Notes: generated from the sequence alone by a model not told the origin. Shown: positions 1 through 15,041, counted from the first letter of the stretch. The stretch is DNA of 64,000 nucleotides from Alloascoidea hylecoeti (GCA_001600815.1 BCKZ01000015.1:62001-126000), one strand, 5' to 3'. A program made the numbers and translations.

Positions 1-85
1 ATCGATATATAATTATAAGGGTGTGCTAGTATATATAAGTCCTAAATTATCGATTTTCTTTTCAGTAATTATAACTACATTAATC

Positions 86-925
86 ATGAATTCAGACTTA
101 GAACCAGGATCTCTGGCTAGCTCTAGATCTAGTAATGGTTCAAAACAACAGCAACTCCAACAAGTAGAGAATACTGGTGATCTTGGTTTGACTCATATTA
201 AAACAGAAGGCCCCGACAATGAGTTTATTTATCTTGGAAATCATAAATACCGAAGAGAAGAGTTGGCTCATGCTTTTGGTGGGACTTTGGTTCCTGGAAT
301 ACAAGAGAAATCTGCCTATCAATTTGGTAACTCGGTTCCTTTGGGCCTTTGTGCTTATTCAATTTCTGCGATTGTCCTTTGTTTGGTTAATGTCAATGCT
401 AGATCTGTATCAACACCAAATATAATGGTTGGTCTAGGGTTTTTCTATTCAGGTGTTGTAATGTTTTCATGTGCCATGTGGCAATTTGCTTGCAATAATA
501 CTTTTGGTGCAACTGTTCTTGGATCATTTTGTGGTTTTTGGTTATCTTATTCAGCTATTTTAACCCCTGCTTTCGGAATACAAGATGCTTATGAAACAAC
601 AGAAGAGTTCAATAATGCTCTTGGCTTTTACTTATTATGCTGGACTTTTTTTGTATTTATGATAACTTTAACAACTTTGAAATCTACTTGGGTTTTCTTT
701 ATATTTTTCATCTTTGTTGACTTATTATTCTTACTATTAACCATATCTGCTTTTATTGGAAGCTTAAAAGTGCAAAAAGCTGCTGGGGTTTTCGGTATTT
801 TATCTGGATTTTTAGGCTTCTATATTGCATATGCTGGAATTGCAGATCCACAGAATTCATATTTTGTTCCTCATCCGATTGGTATGCCAGATGGTGATCG
901 GATTTTGTTTTCTAGGAAACATTAA
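86..925 (+). CDS. ADY2: GPR1/FUN34/YaaH (AceTr) family acetate/ammonia transporter
   Basis: First ATG at 86 (ORF track starts at GTG 23). AFGGTL motif, NSVPLGL variant of NPAPLGL, NTFGAT..GFW, about 6 hydrophobic helices. ADY2 vs ATO2 orthology unresolved. Confidence 0.85.
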   Translation: MNSDLEPGSLASSRSSNGSKQQQLQQVENTGDLGLTHIKTEGPDNEFIYLGNHKYRREELAHAFGGTLVPGIQEKSAYQFGNSVPLGLCAYSISAIVLCLVNVNARSVSTPNIMVGLGFFYSGVVMFSCAMWQFACNNTFGATVLGSFCGFWLSYSAILTPAFGIQDAYETTEEFNNALGFYLLCWTFFVFMITLTTLKSTWVFFIFFIFVDLLFLLLTISAFIGSLKVQKAAGVFGILSGFLGFYIAYAGIADPQNSYFVPHPIGMPDGDRILFSRKH

Positions 926-2841
926 ATTAAATTAAAAAAGGGTATATCAGTAAAAACCGTTTATAAGTTATAAAGGTGTATACATATGCATATGGAGCAG
1001 GGGATACATGACTACCTATTATACTCCAATATTCTGATACGAGTTCTTAATATATGGTATATTTATCATGATATAATTATGAATCATTACAGTTGCCTCT
1101 TAAATTTCCTTCTACCTAAGCTTTTGTTTGCTTCCAATTGATTCACCTGGATATCCAAGTGGTCCTAATTAATAGAATTGTATTATATGCAGTATATCTA
1201 TCTAGCTTTAATTTACTGAAGACTGAAGAATACCGAATAATCGTGCCCCGCACTAAGGGATGTGACGAAACTATTATAACAGTAATGTAACACAATTAAA
1301 TATTAAACAACATCTAAACGGATTTAGAAAGAGAATGCAAATCCCATTCTGTTTAAGTGTGTGTGGACTTCACAACATACAAGATATTCTTAGATACTCA
1401 TCACAATCAATGAAATTTGGAGCTTGTAAGGCCTTATAGAGATTTCTTTAGGACGTAGTCGTAGGTTTATAGACTAAATCAGCTTACAAAAGCAAAGTCA
1501 CAGTTATAACTTGAAGTTTAAGCTGAAGCTGAAGCGTTTTTGAATTAAGTTGACTGACTAGAACTTAAGCTTGGTATTCTACAGTTCTCATGATATAGCA
1601 CTAGCCAGGATAGCTAATAGCTATAATTAATAACTATAGATCTATTATTAGGTCATGTCTTATTCAGAAATTTAAGAGAGAGAAAAGGGATCTTTAACTT
1701 GGATTCAGATCTATGTATACATGTTAAAATAGTTTATAACTTTATATATCTAGATTTTTTTCTATTTTATAATTCTTCTAAATGAGCTGAGAGGCCAAGA
1801 ATTTTTACAATTTTCTAAATTATAAAATTGTGTAAGCACTTCTATCTAAGATTTCACTTATATTTAACCAGAAATATGGCTTTAAACGTCTAGATCTCAC
1901 AAAATGCAACAATTTTTTTAAGCATGGAAGAAAACGCAGGTACATTATACGAAATATAAGCTTAAAATTAACGTCTTAAAACTTATGATTGGATACCTAC
2001 GGGCTAATTAAAACGTCTTATAACGGTGTTGTAATAAAGGGTGGTAATTTCTTTCCGTATTCGACTTAATAGTGCTACTAGTTACCAGTTAAGATTTCTC
2101 TAAAAGAAATTATCTGTTATGTGTTTGCTAAAACCAATTAATATTAGTAGCATTTGTAATTCTCTTACTGGGTGGTTGTGGGAGTATCCATCCTTATAAT
2201 AAAGCCTAAAAGTTCGTTTCTTCTTACCACAGCTCTCATATTCCGGGACAAAATTCAGTATCAGGGCACTTTATCGGTGGTTATTATCATAATCGTTTAG
2301 AATGGGTGACACTCTTAAGCAGCGCTAAGTAGATCTAGAAATGAATAACGACTTATAGTTTGCATATTTGGCTTATAACCATCATATGATTCATAGCAGA
2401 TATTCCATTTGAATTGTGTTTGAGATAGTTGTGATCAATTTTTTTTTACTAAAATTTTGGGTTATTGCAGCTCCGTTAACTAATTGCTTTTCAGTTCAAT
2501 TGCAAATTAGGATAGCTTATATGCATGTTCTTGCATCATAATCAAGTTCCAAACACAATATAATTGGGTGGGTTATAATCTGTAGATACGATGGTATTCC
2601 AATGAGTGTCAATAAAAATCATTTTATAAAAATAACGTCAAGAAATGGTAATAAATATACAAACGGATACTATCAATGAATGAACTGAAGTCAATTACAA
2701 CACTTTAAACAAAAATATATAACGAAATAATATAAAGAACAAATGTAGGAAAAGACATAAGAATTAACAAGTAATTACTAATAAACAACACAGTAAAATT
2801 GATTTAAAATAAACAAAATAAATTTGGATATATAATGATAA

Positions 2842-4476
<1,635 letters not shown>

Positions 4477-7400
4477 TCAGATCGATCCTAATTCTCTTTT
4501 TTGTGTGCAGTTCTGGTGGAGGGATGTTATCTATTGGTGTTTTGATTTTTTTGTTGATCCTCTGGAAACAAGCAGTTTTCCTTGAGAAATCTTTTTTTAT
4601 CCAATTCCCTTGAAATATTTCGTAGACCTCAGTTTAAATTTGAATTTGTTTTGTTTATAATTAATATGAAATACTTCTCAGCAAATTTTCGTTTTTATTT
4701 TCTATTCTCGGGTTTTTTAACAAGATTACAATTGGCTTAATTTTTACTGCCGGATTAATTTTAATATAATGTATATTTTTAATGTTTAATGTTTAATGTT
4801 GAAGACCTTTTCTATTAATAACATAATTAACACACTGTACATAACTACATGATCATGATTTTTGTTAATCGATGAGGCTCGATATCCGCTCCAATAATTA
4901 ATGTTGAATCTTGTTGATATATCCCTCTATTTGTAGGTAAGTAAGTTAATTGTCATGGCCATGGGGAATTCGCCGAGACATTTACCCAATCATGAACAAT
5001 ATAATCTTGATACTGTAACCACAGCTGCCATCTTTATTTGTCATCTAATATTAGCGAAGAGCTCGAGTTATAACGTTAAATATCTATTTATAAGACTTTA
5101 TTCGAATTCCAATAAGCTGAAGTATGATGGGGCATTGAGGGGTTTAAAAGAAAATATTTTGTGTTTCCAGAAAAAAAAAATTGAAGATCTCCTAAAACCT
5201 ATTCTTAGTGGAATTCAGACTTCTGAGTCGCAAAACCATTTAATTTGGGTGTTTCGGGAAAAGGTATTCGGTGGGTTTCAAGTTTCAACTCATTTTGCCA
5301 GATTTAATAATTGTAATTGGTGGGTTTAGTGAAATTAATTGGTGGAATTTGAATAAGTGTCTTTGCTGGTCTTTTGAAAAGCAAAAAGAATAATTATGGG
5401 TGGCTATTAGGTAATAATATTTCGCACCTCACAAAAGATAATTGGTCTCCTGTACACAAAGGTATTACCACTTCTTTCTTTTACTTATTATTATTCATTG
5501 AAACATTATATTATTACAAATATAAATCCTAATAAACTAAAAATATCCTTTATTAAACTATCATCTAAAGAATATCATTGTGTATCCGCAAATATAAATT
5601 TCATAATATCATGATCAGATAAAGTAAGAAATTTGGTCCTCCAAATCGAGTCTTTGAATGAGTTCAAAGATGATATCGACATTAAAATCGAAACACCAAA
5701 CTTGATAGAGTTCTGGAAGTGTTATTAAGACTTGAAAAGGATAGAGAAGCTGAGAAAGATCCACAAGTTCCTTTGCGGCCCCGGCTCGGCTCTTTAGTGA
5801 TAATTGAGCAGACTATTGTTTCAAGGTTTCTCCCTAATTCTATAGACTGATACTCAAACTCTACCAGTATTAATCTATTCATATTCTTCGACTTGCCTCG
5901 ATACTTCAAAAGGGAGTAGATGGATTCATCACCTAAACATCTGAAATTAAAAACATCCAATTTCGACCTCAATGTCCTGACTGACACACTAACATCTGAT
6001 ATTGAAGCTCGTATGATTACAGAATATATCTGGCCTTTTTGAAGTGTCGAGGTTAGTCAAAGGATATAATAGATTAATACTAAATGTAGTATGAGTGGAA
6101 CACTAGTCAGTAGGGAGAAGCCAAATCCAAATTTGAAGGTTTGAACACCAATTCCAAACCTCGACTCCACCTTTTAAGTCAGGAATACTTAAAGGTTCTA
6201 CTAACCAGGAGAAGATTAATTATTTTGCTGAATGGAATGCTCAGTTATAAAAAGTTATTATATGTAGATTCTTCTGTTTATTAAAGGGGACTTATATTTA
6301 TAAACTATTTCATGTTATTGTATTAATCACTCAATATGAAAGTTAAAATCGTATTAATCATTCCATATGAAATTCTTCAATTTCATTTCATGACGATGTT
6401 CATCATTGTGACAATATCTTTTGACTTTCCGGCTATAATTATAGTATATTGTCTTTGATTGAGATCCCTTTGTTCTTTTGTGTGGTATTATTGTAATCAA
6501 TTTGAAATATATGTCATCATATTCTACAATCACAATTTTATATTAGAGCGGTAGTTTAGGCAAAATTAAATCAAAGAATTTAGTCTTCCACTTCGAGTCA
6601 AATGTTTGCTATAATTATGGCACTTTAAATTTAATTTAGAAGGCCTCAATACCTACGTAGTACATACTAGTTCGTTGACTTTCTTAAGATATGACAGATT
6701 AAGAAGAGAAAACGAAATAAGAAAAATCTATCTATTTATATACTAAAATATCTAGTATCTACTCAGATTCTACTGTATTTGAAATGAGGAGAAGCTGATT
6801 CAGATTATTTTTCATCTTATGATTGCTCATTGCAATTGAAGTTTGTTACAATTGAAGTTTAAATGATAGCCAAGTATTATAACGCCAAACTAATCAAAGT
6901 CATCACTCGTGAGTGTGGGGGAATTGATCATTGGAGCCCTTGGAGAAGGAGAAAATTTTATTATGGGAAATACGAATCAATGATCTAATCTCTAAGATTT
7001 GCTGAAGAATAAGACTCAAGGACTGATTTGAGTTGATCTTTAACGACCACGATCTAATAGCGTTAATAGACAATAGTCGTCCATATTAATAAAGGGCTTC
7101 TATACCGTGCATCCGGTGCAGCTGGTTTGTGACAGTTTAACATGAATAATGGGGTAGTAAATTTAACTAAACTAAGAGAGGAATACGCGAGAAATCGAAG
7201 CTAAAGATTTAAGGAAGCGTAGGCAGTTAATAATATCTAATGAAGTCAAGTGTAATACTTCACAGTGTTCACACTAAAGACACTTCCATAATCAACTTTC
7301 TTCTTCTTCTGTATATATTCTACTAGATGAAAATTTAAAAAGGGAAATTACCATGCAAGCACAAGAACACATTTACAATACGCTCCGATATTATTCATAT

Positions 7401-7611
7401 CACCCCACTTCACATTAATTCTCATATTCTTAGAATATAATTCGCTCCACAATGCCTTTCAAAACAACTGATCATGAAACTCTCTGCATGTAAGAGCTTA
7501 TATATAATAGAGAACCTAATCTAATAGATTTATACACATAAATCAAGTTTATAATAAACCTCATTCATTTCATTAAAACCCCAGGAATGCAGATTAGAAA
7601 CAGTAAGAAAA

Positions 7612-10253
7612 CTAACCTAGCGTATCATTAATGATTGAATCATAATGGATACTTTCAAAGAATAAATCATTATGGTATAGATCGGGTAACATTGATATAT
7701 CCATGAGTTCATCAATTGAAGATGACTGGTTTCCAGTTGCAAATGAATCCAAATCCTTGCTAGGATTATAGGAATTGAAATCATAGTTAGTATCAATGTG
7801 ACTGATATTGTTTGAATATTCACTTGGGGATTTATAGTCATTCATTATATCAAGATGGATATCGTTATTTCCACATGCACATTCACTGTTAAATGGAATT
7901 GGAATATCATTAATAACAATCCCTGATGATTTATTGTCATTTTTGTTATAAATGCTCTTCATTTTATTCCATGCTGTATAAATATCATTAGATTTCTCTG
8001 AAAATCTTTCGGGATATTGAAGAAGTAATTCATAATACTCTTGAAAATAATCAATCAGAGGTCTTTTTAAACACTCAGATACTTCACTTGGTAAAAATGA
8101 ATATATAGTAGTAGAACCACGATTAGTTTTAGTATCGTTAAATATATCAGAAATTACCATTATAGAAGAGGTATAGGGTGATGATTTAAATAAATTGCAT
8201 AAAGTTAATTGTGATTGGAATTCTTTAGTTTGACTTCTTAATATTATCGAGATTATGAATGGAACAAGTCGATATAATCGTATTACCATTTGAGGTATAA
8301 CTATATTTCTAGTCTCAGTCCCCATTCCGAACCCATAATCATTATCTGAAGCATGATGATTAGTGCATGTTAAATTATAAAAACCGAGAGAGAAATAAAA
8401 TAATAAACAAGCAGCAATCTCCGTTTGTAAAAGATAATGCTGGCTTATATTAGGCTCAGTCTTTAAATCACTATTTAAAAATAATAAATAGTAATGGACA
8501 TGAAGTTGTGCTAATAAAATGCATCCCAATTGTAATTGCTGTATTCTTTGTGTATTTAATAAAACTTTCATATTAAAATCATCATTTTCAATCAATTTAT
8601 TGATATCATTTACATTGATCTCAATCTTAGACTCAGTTTTTCTAGGAGTTTTGGAGGATTTATTAAATAGATCAGATAACCTCGGGAATCGATTTTTTAA
8701 TGTGTGCAATATATTAGTAATGATATTTTCAATTGATGATCGTCGTGGTTTTTCTTTTAAGTTCATCCATATATTGACCCCATCTGTCATATATGTAGTC
8801 TGATCAAATAAATAATTGAGCATATCAGCGCTATTTTGAAGTTTCTTGATATTGAAAGATGATGATGTAGGGATATTTTTATAAAAAGACAAATCGGGAA
8901 TATGTAATTTTTGTATTTGTTTTGTATCCATATAATTTTTATTTAAGAGAAGAGGCCTACCTAAGTTGGAAGCTTGAAATGCATCGATTGAAACTACAAA
9001 ACACCACGCTTTTCTCCACTTATATTTGAAGTATTCATCAAATATTTTCCCAGTTGGATCATAAGTATCGGGGTCTCGATTAATACCCATCTCAATGGCT
9101 AAACGAGTTGTACGACCAAACATAATAGCACTTTCCTCTCCATCAACGCCATCTCCATCTTCAGGTGCATATAAGTAATAGAATCTTAAACAAATAAAAT
9201 ACTGTAATAATTGTAGATTGGTCATAAAATAACCTGTTTTTGTTGGATTAATAAAGGATAAAAGATTTTGTGATAATATCATAAATTCAGGGCCTATTGA
9301 AACATTATCTACTATTAGAGGTTTTAAGCAGCTAGATATAGTATTTTCTTTGTCGTCCATTGGAATTGTTAAATATCCCAATCTTAGTATAAGGAGAAAG
9401 GTTGAGAGACTGATTAACTCACTATCTTCAAATTGTGAATCTGAAGTCTTGAACCTGTACCGTTTAATTTCATTATCGTCAGTTATAATTGTGCTAATAT
9501 TCTTCAATATGGTGGTGAAAGGTTCATAATCAATGCCATTCCAAATACTATCTAAGTAAAACCAATAGTACTTGACGAGGATATCACAATGATCCACAGA
9601 AGGAAGAATTTCATATAATCGATGTAAAATCGAATGTATTGCAACAATTGTACCATAAAGAGAGTCAGGCTCCGATTTCCTTTTATAAGATGATACACTA
9701 TTAATCTCGGAATTTGTTGAGGAATAAACTTGTGCCAATACGGGATCTCTCATTATAATACCCAATCTGCTTGTTGTACCAAAATGCGAAGTGTAATCTT
9801 TTTCAATATTTAAAGAACCAATATTTTGAGTTAATTCCATTATAGGGTCAACATGTTTAGAGATGCTATGATTGTCTGGGAAGTCAAACTTCGTTCGCTT
9901 ATTATTGTTTATAGACCTTTTCATGCGTCGTAACTCTTTTCTTTTACTGGTAATCTGATTTTTAAGCATTGCATTTTGAGAGGATAATTCTATTTCCAGC
10001 GAATTTAGCCGTTGTCCTTTTGCTTTATCATCATATACATTTATGCCCTTTGATCGCTTGTTACTGTATATACAAAGATGAGAGAACCCAAGCTTTTCAC
10101 ACTGTGTACAGTGTGGATTCTGTTTGTCACACTATACGGTATCAATATTAGTAGCTGAATCCAACAGAAAGCTATCACAAAGAAACATACTTTTGTTCGC
10201 CGTCTTCTACAAATAACACAGGCATATTGTCTTTTTGGAGGTTGAACTTCCAT
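7612..10253 (-). CDS. Zn(II)2Cys6 transcription factor with fungal TF middle homology region; 2 exons (10253-10191, 10131-7612)
   Basis: Intron 10132-10190 (GTATGT..TACTAAT..TAG) joins ACVICRRRRTK to CDKQNPHCTQCEKLGFSHLCIY, completing the six-Cys cluster in frame with the 785-aa ORF. RLAIEMGINRDP..WRKAW..DAFQASNLGRP is the middle homology motif. Confidence 0.9.
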
Positions 10254-10343
10254 TATTAATATATGTAAACATCGATATCTACGTATAGCATTGCGATTGC
10301 AATATCAATTGCAGTTTCAGGTCAGGTGATATAGGGAGCTGTA

Positions 10344-10533
10344 CTCGGACACTAAAGTGGTGCATTTAAAACACGAATTTAAAATCCAACAAAAAACAAA
10401 ATTTATATTTTAAAGAAATATCATTGGAATTATGTGATTAATTAGATTTTAGTAATACTATTTAGATTAATTTATATTTGTTGTTGGATTTTAAATTCGT
10501 GTTTGAAATGCACCATTTTTGAGTGTGTCCGAG
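10344..10533. mobile_element. 190-bp MITE-like element with ~50-bp terminal inverted repeats and TA flanks (Tc1/mariner-type)
   Basis: Left TA|CTCGGACACTAAAGTGGTGCATTTAAAACACGAATTTAAAATCCAACAA vs reverse complement of right end TA|CTCGGACACACTCAAAAATGGTGCATTTCAAACACGAATTTAAAATCCAACAA; AT-rich non-coding core. Confidence 0.75.
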
Positions 10534-11428
10534 TAGCGTCGACAGACGGTATACCAGTTAGTAATTCAGAATCAGTATACCTTTTAGATTTTCCTTGTCT
10601 CATTTGGGTTGGGAACTTCTTGGGTTCCCTGAGAGTCTGCGACTCTCTATAACAGCTCTTAATCTTACACTTTATTGCACATGGTTCATTACTTGAATGA
10701 ACCCATCTCTACGGCGTATTACAGTTAATTATTCTTATTTTCTTTACCTTATATTGACCAACAGAATTAAAAAAAGAAAAATTTACACATAATAATACAA
10801 CTTAAAAAAAAGAAATATTAATTCTTCTTGGAAACAGAGGTGTCTAACGGGAGAAAGTGCGATCAAGCTCTCAGTTCCTTTGATCATATAACTTATAGGC
10901 AGCTTGGCTTAACCCGCCAACTATAGGTTATATAAATATATAATTTTTGAATTGTGTTTATGACTTCATGTAAGCACGACTAGGTGACGGCGCGGCATGG
11001 TGGCGTATCAATATCGGACTGCAAGAATTTTGCAGCCCCAAAAAAAATTACATATTAAAGATACAGTACTAGTTCAAGTTCAACTTATGCCGGGAAACTT
11101 AAACCCGGGTTAAATATTTAGTTTATATCGTGTTTTCATTCAATTTAGGCCAAGTTATTGCACAGTACATATTTTGTTTTCGATGCCCGAAAAATTCTTG
11201 GTAGAGATCTAGATATCGTCTCAATTGTCAATTTGCCTTTCTTTTTTCCGTTTAAAATAATAATTTTTATTATTCCGTCATATTTTGTCAAGCCGCACGT
11301 CTCTTAATTTCTGCCGCGCGCGATACGCTAGAGATTGTCATGCAACCACTCGTTTTGGATTTTTAGGTTCCGGGTATTTGAACGGAAAAACAGTAATAAT
11401 AAATTTAAAAGTTGCGGTTAAGAATTTG

Positions 11429-11540
11429 CCCCACTTCAATCGCTTAAAGATTCGCTTTAGTAATAATATGCACCCCACATTAAGATTCCCCATTTGCATC
11501 GAATTTATTTTTAAACACTATATAAATTGCTTTCCCCCAC
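11429..11540. promoter_or_regulatory. Three Mig1/CreA-type GC boxes (CCCCAC) upstream of JEN1
   Basis: CCCCAC at 11429, 11473 and 11535, each with an AT-rich flank; matches SYGGGG on the minus strand. JEN1 is glucose-repressed in S. cerevisiae. Confidence 0.5.
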
Positions 11541-11559
11541 ATTTTCTTTATTTATTATA

Positions 11560-13164
11560 ATGAGGCAAAAAATGGCTAATCCAATGGAACAAGAATTTGA
11601 AAAAGTTAATGACAACGAATTACAGGGTCCAATTATAAACCGTTCAACAATCTCAAAATATTTTAAAGAACGTTTCACAACTCTTTTTCCTTCAAAGGAA
11701 GATTTAGCGATTGCAAAAACTCATATAAATCCCTTTGGTTCTCTGAAATTATTAACAGCAAGAAATTGGAACTTTTTTGCCGTTGCGTTTGCAGGTTGGA
11801 CATGGGATGCTTTTGACTTCTTTGCTGTATCGTTAAATGTTGCTGAAATCGCAAAAAGCTTGGATGTTTCTAAAAAAGATATTACTTGGGGTATCACTCT
11901 AGTTTTAATGTTAAGATCTGTTGGTGCCGTGATATTTGGTGTCGCTGGTGATAGGTACGGAAGAAAATATCCCTTTATTATTAATCTATTATTATTAGTA
12001 GTATTGCAAATTGCAACTGGTTTTGTTAAAACTTATAAACAATTTCTGGGTGTCAGGGCCATATTTGGTATTGCAATGGGTGGTATGTTTGGTAATGCTG
12101 CTGCTACTGCTTTTGATGATTGTCCACCCGAAGCAAGGGGTGTGATATCTGGGATTTTACAAGAAGGTTATGCCTTTGGTTATCTATTGGTTGTCATATT
12201 TAATAGAGCTTTAACCGATACCACGCCAAAAGGTTGGAGATCAATATTTTGGTTTTCTTCTGGTCCCGCATTAGTCTTCGCTATTTGGAGACTCTTTATG
12301 GATGAAACGGATGCGTTTAAAGCTCAGCAACAAATTAGAAAGCTTAAGAATAATGATCAAATGAATAATACTGCAAAACAATTCCTATCCGATGGTGCTA
12401 AAGCATTGAAAGTTTATTGGTTATATATTGTTTATTTGATTATAATGATGGCTGGCTTTAATTTTATGTCTCATGGCTCACAAGATTTATTTCCTACAAT
12501 GCTTACAACCGAACTTGGGTTTGGTAGAGATCGCTCAACTGTGACAAATTCTGTTGCTAATATAGGTGCCATTGTTGGAGGAATTATTTTTGGTCATCTC
12601 TCTTCTTTCATTGGTCGTCGTTTAGCAATAATAATATGTTGTATTGGTGGTGGAGCAATGATATACCCATGGGCTTTTGTTAGATCAGATGCAATAAACG
12701 CTGGTGTATTCTTTCTTCAATTCTTTGTCCAAGGTGCGTGGGGAATTGTTCCAATCCATATTAGTGAACTTTCTCCTCATCAATTCAGAGCATTTATTAC
12801 GGGTACCACGTATCAATTGGGAAATTTAGCTTCCTCTGCTTCTTCTACCATTCAGGCAACCATTGGTGAGAGATTTCCATTAAGAGATGCTAATGGGGAA
12901 AAAAGAGAGGGAGTATACAATTATTCTTTAGTGATGGCTATATTTATGGGATGTGTTTTCGGATTTGTGTTAATTGTCGTTCTATTTGGACCTGAGGAGA
13001 GAAATCGTGATTTAAATGATGCTGAAGTTTTAATGGTAGTTGACGATAATAAATTCAGAAAAGATATCGAAGGAGGTGACCCCGAAAAAGAAGATGGAAG
13101 AGAAAGCTTTGATTTTCTAGAAAAAGAAGAAGTAAAACATAAGGAGGACCCTCTCAGGCTATAG
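11560..13164 (+). CDS. JEN1: Carboxylic acid/H+ symporter (Jen family, MFS)
   Basis: WDAFDFF, GDRYGRK, signature NFMSHGSQDLFPT, YQLGNL. First ATG 11560, alternative 11572. JEN1 vs JEN2 unresolved. Confidence 0.9.
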   Translation: MRQKMANPMEQEFEKVNDNELQGPIINRSTISKYFKERFTTLFPSKEDLAIAKTHINPFGSLKLLTARNWNFFAVAFAGWTWDAFDFFAVSLNVAEIAKSLDVSKKDITWGITLVLMLRSVGAVIFGVAGDRYGRKYPFIINLLLLVVLQIATGFVKTYKQFLGVRAIFGIAMGGMFGNAAATAFDDCPPEARGVISGILQEGYAFGYLLVVIFNRALTDTTPKGWRSIFWFSSGPALVFAIWRLFMDETDAFKAQQQIRKLKNNDQMNNTAKQFLSDGAKALKVYWLYIVYLIIMMAGFNFMSHGSQDLFPTMLTTELGFGRDRSTVTNSVANIGAIVGGIIFGHLSSFIGRRLAIIICCIGGGAMIYPWAFVRSDAINAGVFFLQFFVQGAWGIVPIHISELSPHQFRAFITGTTYQLGNLASSASSTIQATIGERFPLRDANGEKREGVYNYSLVMAIFMGCVFGFVLIVVLFGPEERNRDLNDAEVLMVVDDNKFRKDIEGGDPEKEDGRESFDFLEKEEVKHKEDPLRL

Positions 13165-14073
13165 TTATATCTTTGTCTATGTATATTAAGTTGGTATTTT
13201 TGTATAGTTCAACTAGTTATATATATAATTTATTTGTGAAATTATTTATGAAAATGATAATGTTGAATGATAAGTTAGTTTTGTTACGTTTTAATTAATG
13301 TATTCCGTGTTCAGTTTTTAAATTTATAACCATTAATTGTAAATAGTTAGTTGTTCTTACTGTATGTTGGTAAAAAGTCCACTACAATAAATTCGTGTCA
13401 CACTGTAGTGATATTCGTGTATCACTATTGCTGTGAAACAGTACAAAATAATTGAATTGACCAAATTCACTATCCACTTAATTTGCACCAGTATTATAAG
13501 TATAACTCATCAATAGTTAGAGGGGTTTGCTTTTTATCGCTATTGTTTTCTAGCACATTAAATGTTTGTGGGGGAGCATTAATAATTGAGTTAAACTGAC
13601 AGTTTCAGGCATTTAATATTAATGGTTTGAATTCATGAAACTTAGGTCTTTCTATCAATTTTAGAAGATTTAACCTTACTAGAAACGGGCCTAGCTTATA
13701 TTAATATATTTATAAAACAAGCTCAAATATGCTTCTATTTGAAATAAAATCATACGTATTATACTTGCTTACTCAAGTTCCATATTATATCAACTTCTAA
13801 GAAAAAAAACCATATAACTTTATATTATTTACTGTGGCAAATTTAAAAAAATACTTTTAACATATGAGCCACTCCTAATCTTTTCGAACAGACAATATAC
13901 TATACTATAATTCATTTGTAACTTAAAAATAACTGTCGATAATACTGAACTTTTCATAATTTATCAAAATTGGCTGCTTCAAAATAATAATAAAAATGTA
14001 ATGATGCATAATAATCATGGTTAATATAAGAAAGAAAAAAAAAACTTCTGTGCATACTCAAGATTCAAGAATA

Positions 14074-14656
14074 TCAGTTCGTAAGCATTTTAAAGAATTC
14101 ATTTAAGTCAACAGTACCACTTCCATCTATAAGTAGGCTATGTTAGTAGTGGCCAGTTATAATTGCTTTTTGAAAATACTTACCTAAATCAGCCTGGTTA
14201 AACATTTCGTCAAGATCCTTTTCACTAAGATTTTCACCTAATCCTCTTAAAACATATCGTAACTCATCTTTCGATATGGTCCCACTACCATCCATATCAA
14301 ATACATTGAATGCAGCTCTTATTTCATCATCATCGTTTTGTTTAGGAGCAGCACGACTCATCAATACTAAAAATTCAGGGAAATCGATGTAACCATCATT
14401 ATTTATATCAACATCATGAATCATGTCCAGTAGTTCCTGATGAGTGGGGTTTTGTCCTAGCTCCCTCATTACAGTTCCTAGTTCTTTGGTACTGATTCGA
14501 CCTATAATATGAATATTAGTTTGGAGCTTGGTAGTTTTGTTATGTGCATTGCATACCGTCATTATCTCTATCAAAGATACTAAAAGCTTCTTTAATTTCG
14601 GCAATTTGATCTTCTGTCATTTTGTCAGCATTGTTAGCTATGGACTGTTTAGGCAT
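14074..14656 (-). CDS. Divergent calmodulin/calmodulin-like protein, 4 EF-hands; 3 exons (14656-14557, 14501-14184, 14126-14074)
   Basis: Introns 14502-14556 (GTATGC..ACTAAT..TAG) and 14127-14183 (GTAAGT..TACTAAC..TAG) give EF loops [48 protein letters not shown], plus [14 protein letters not shown]. Confidence 0.9.
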
Positions 14657-15041
14657 TGTAGTAGTTCTCAATTTAAAAGAAATGATGGATTGTTCTTGTT
14701 GTTGGTCAAAGGAAAAAACGGGGTTTATATAAAGTAGATCGCTCCACACACGGTCCGAAATAAAGTTCTGCTATAATTAGCCTATGGATGGCAGTTTTCG
14801 CCACAATGTCTCGGATCGAGCTTAACGCAACCACGGTCCGGAATACAATGTTGCTCAGTGCTCGCCGTGCTCGGGTATCGGTCTGTAATTAGCTAAGCCT
14901 ACATATCGCGGGGCTCGGATCGACCATGCCCGGCCATTGCCACGTGATAGCTACGAGCATAACTCGATGGGCGGACTATGCATTTATGCTTCGTGTCACT
15001 AAACCAACATATGCATTCTTAGTACAACAAACACCTGGAAA

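Noticed and set aside
2100..2330. Minus-strand fragment reading ..EFCPG..DGYSHNHPV, reminiscent of a Mutator/FAR1 zinc finger
   Set aside because: Only a 4-residue motif amid stops and frameshifts; no DDE region or TIR seen.
4955..6050. ORFs 4955-5329 (+), 5682-5987 (-) and a coding-looking + frame at ~5700-6040
   Set aside because: No recognisable domain and internal stops; could be a relic but I cannot support a call.
13462..13490. Weak match (CCACTTAATTTGCACC) to the pogo TIR core
   Set aside because: Lacks the CAGT terminus; too short to separate from chance.
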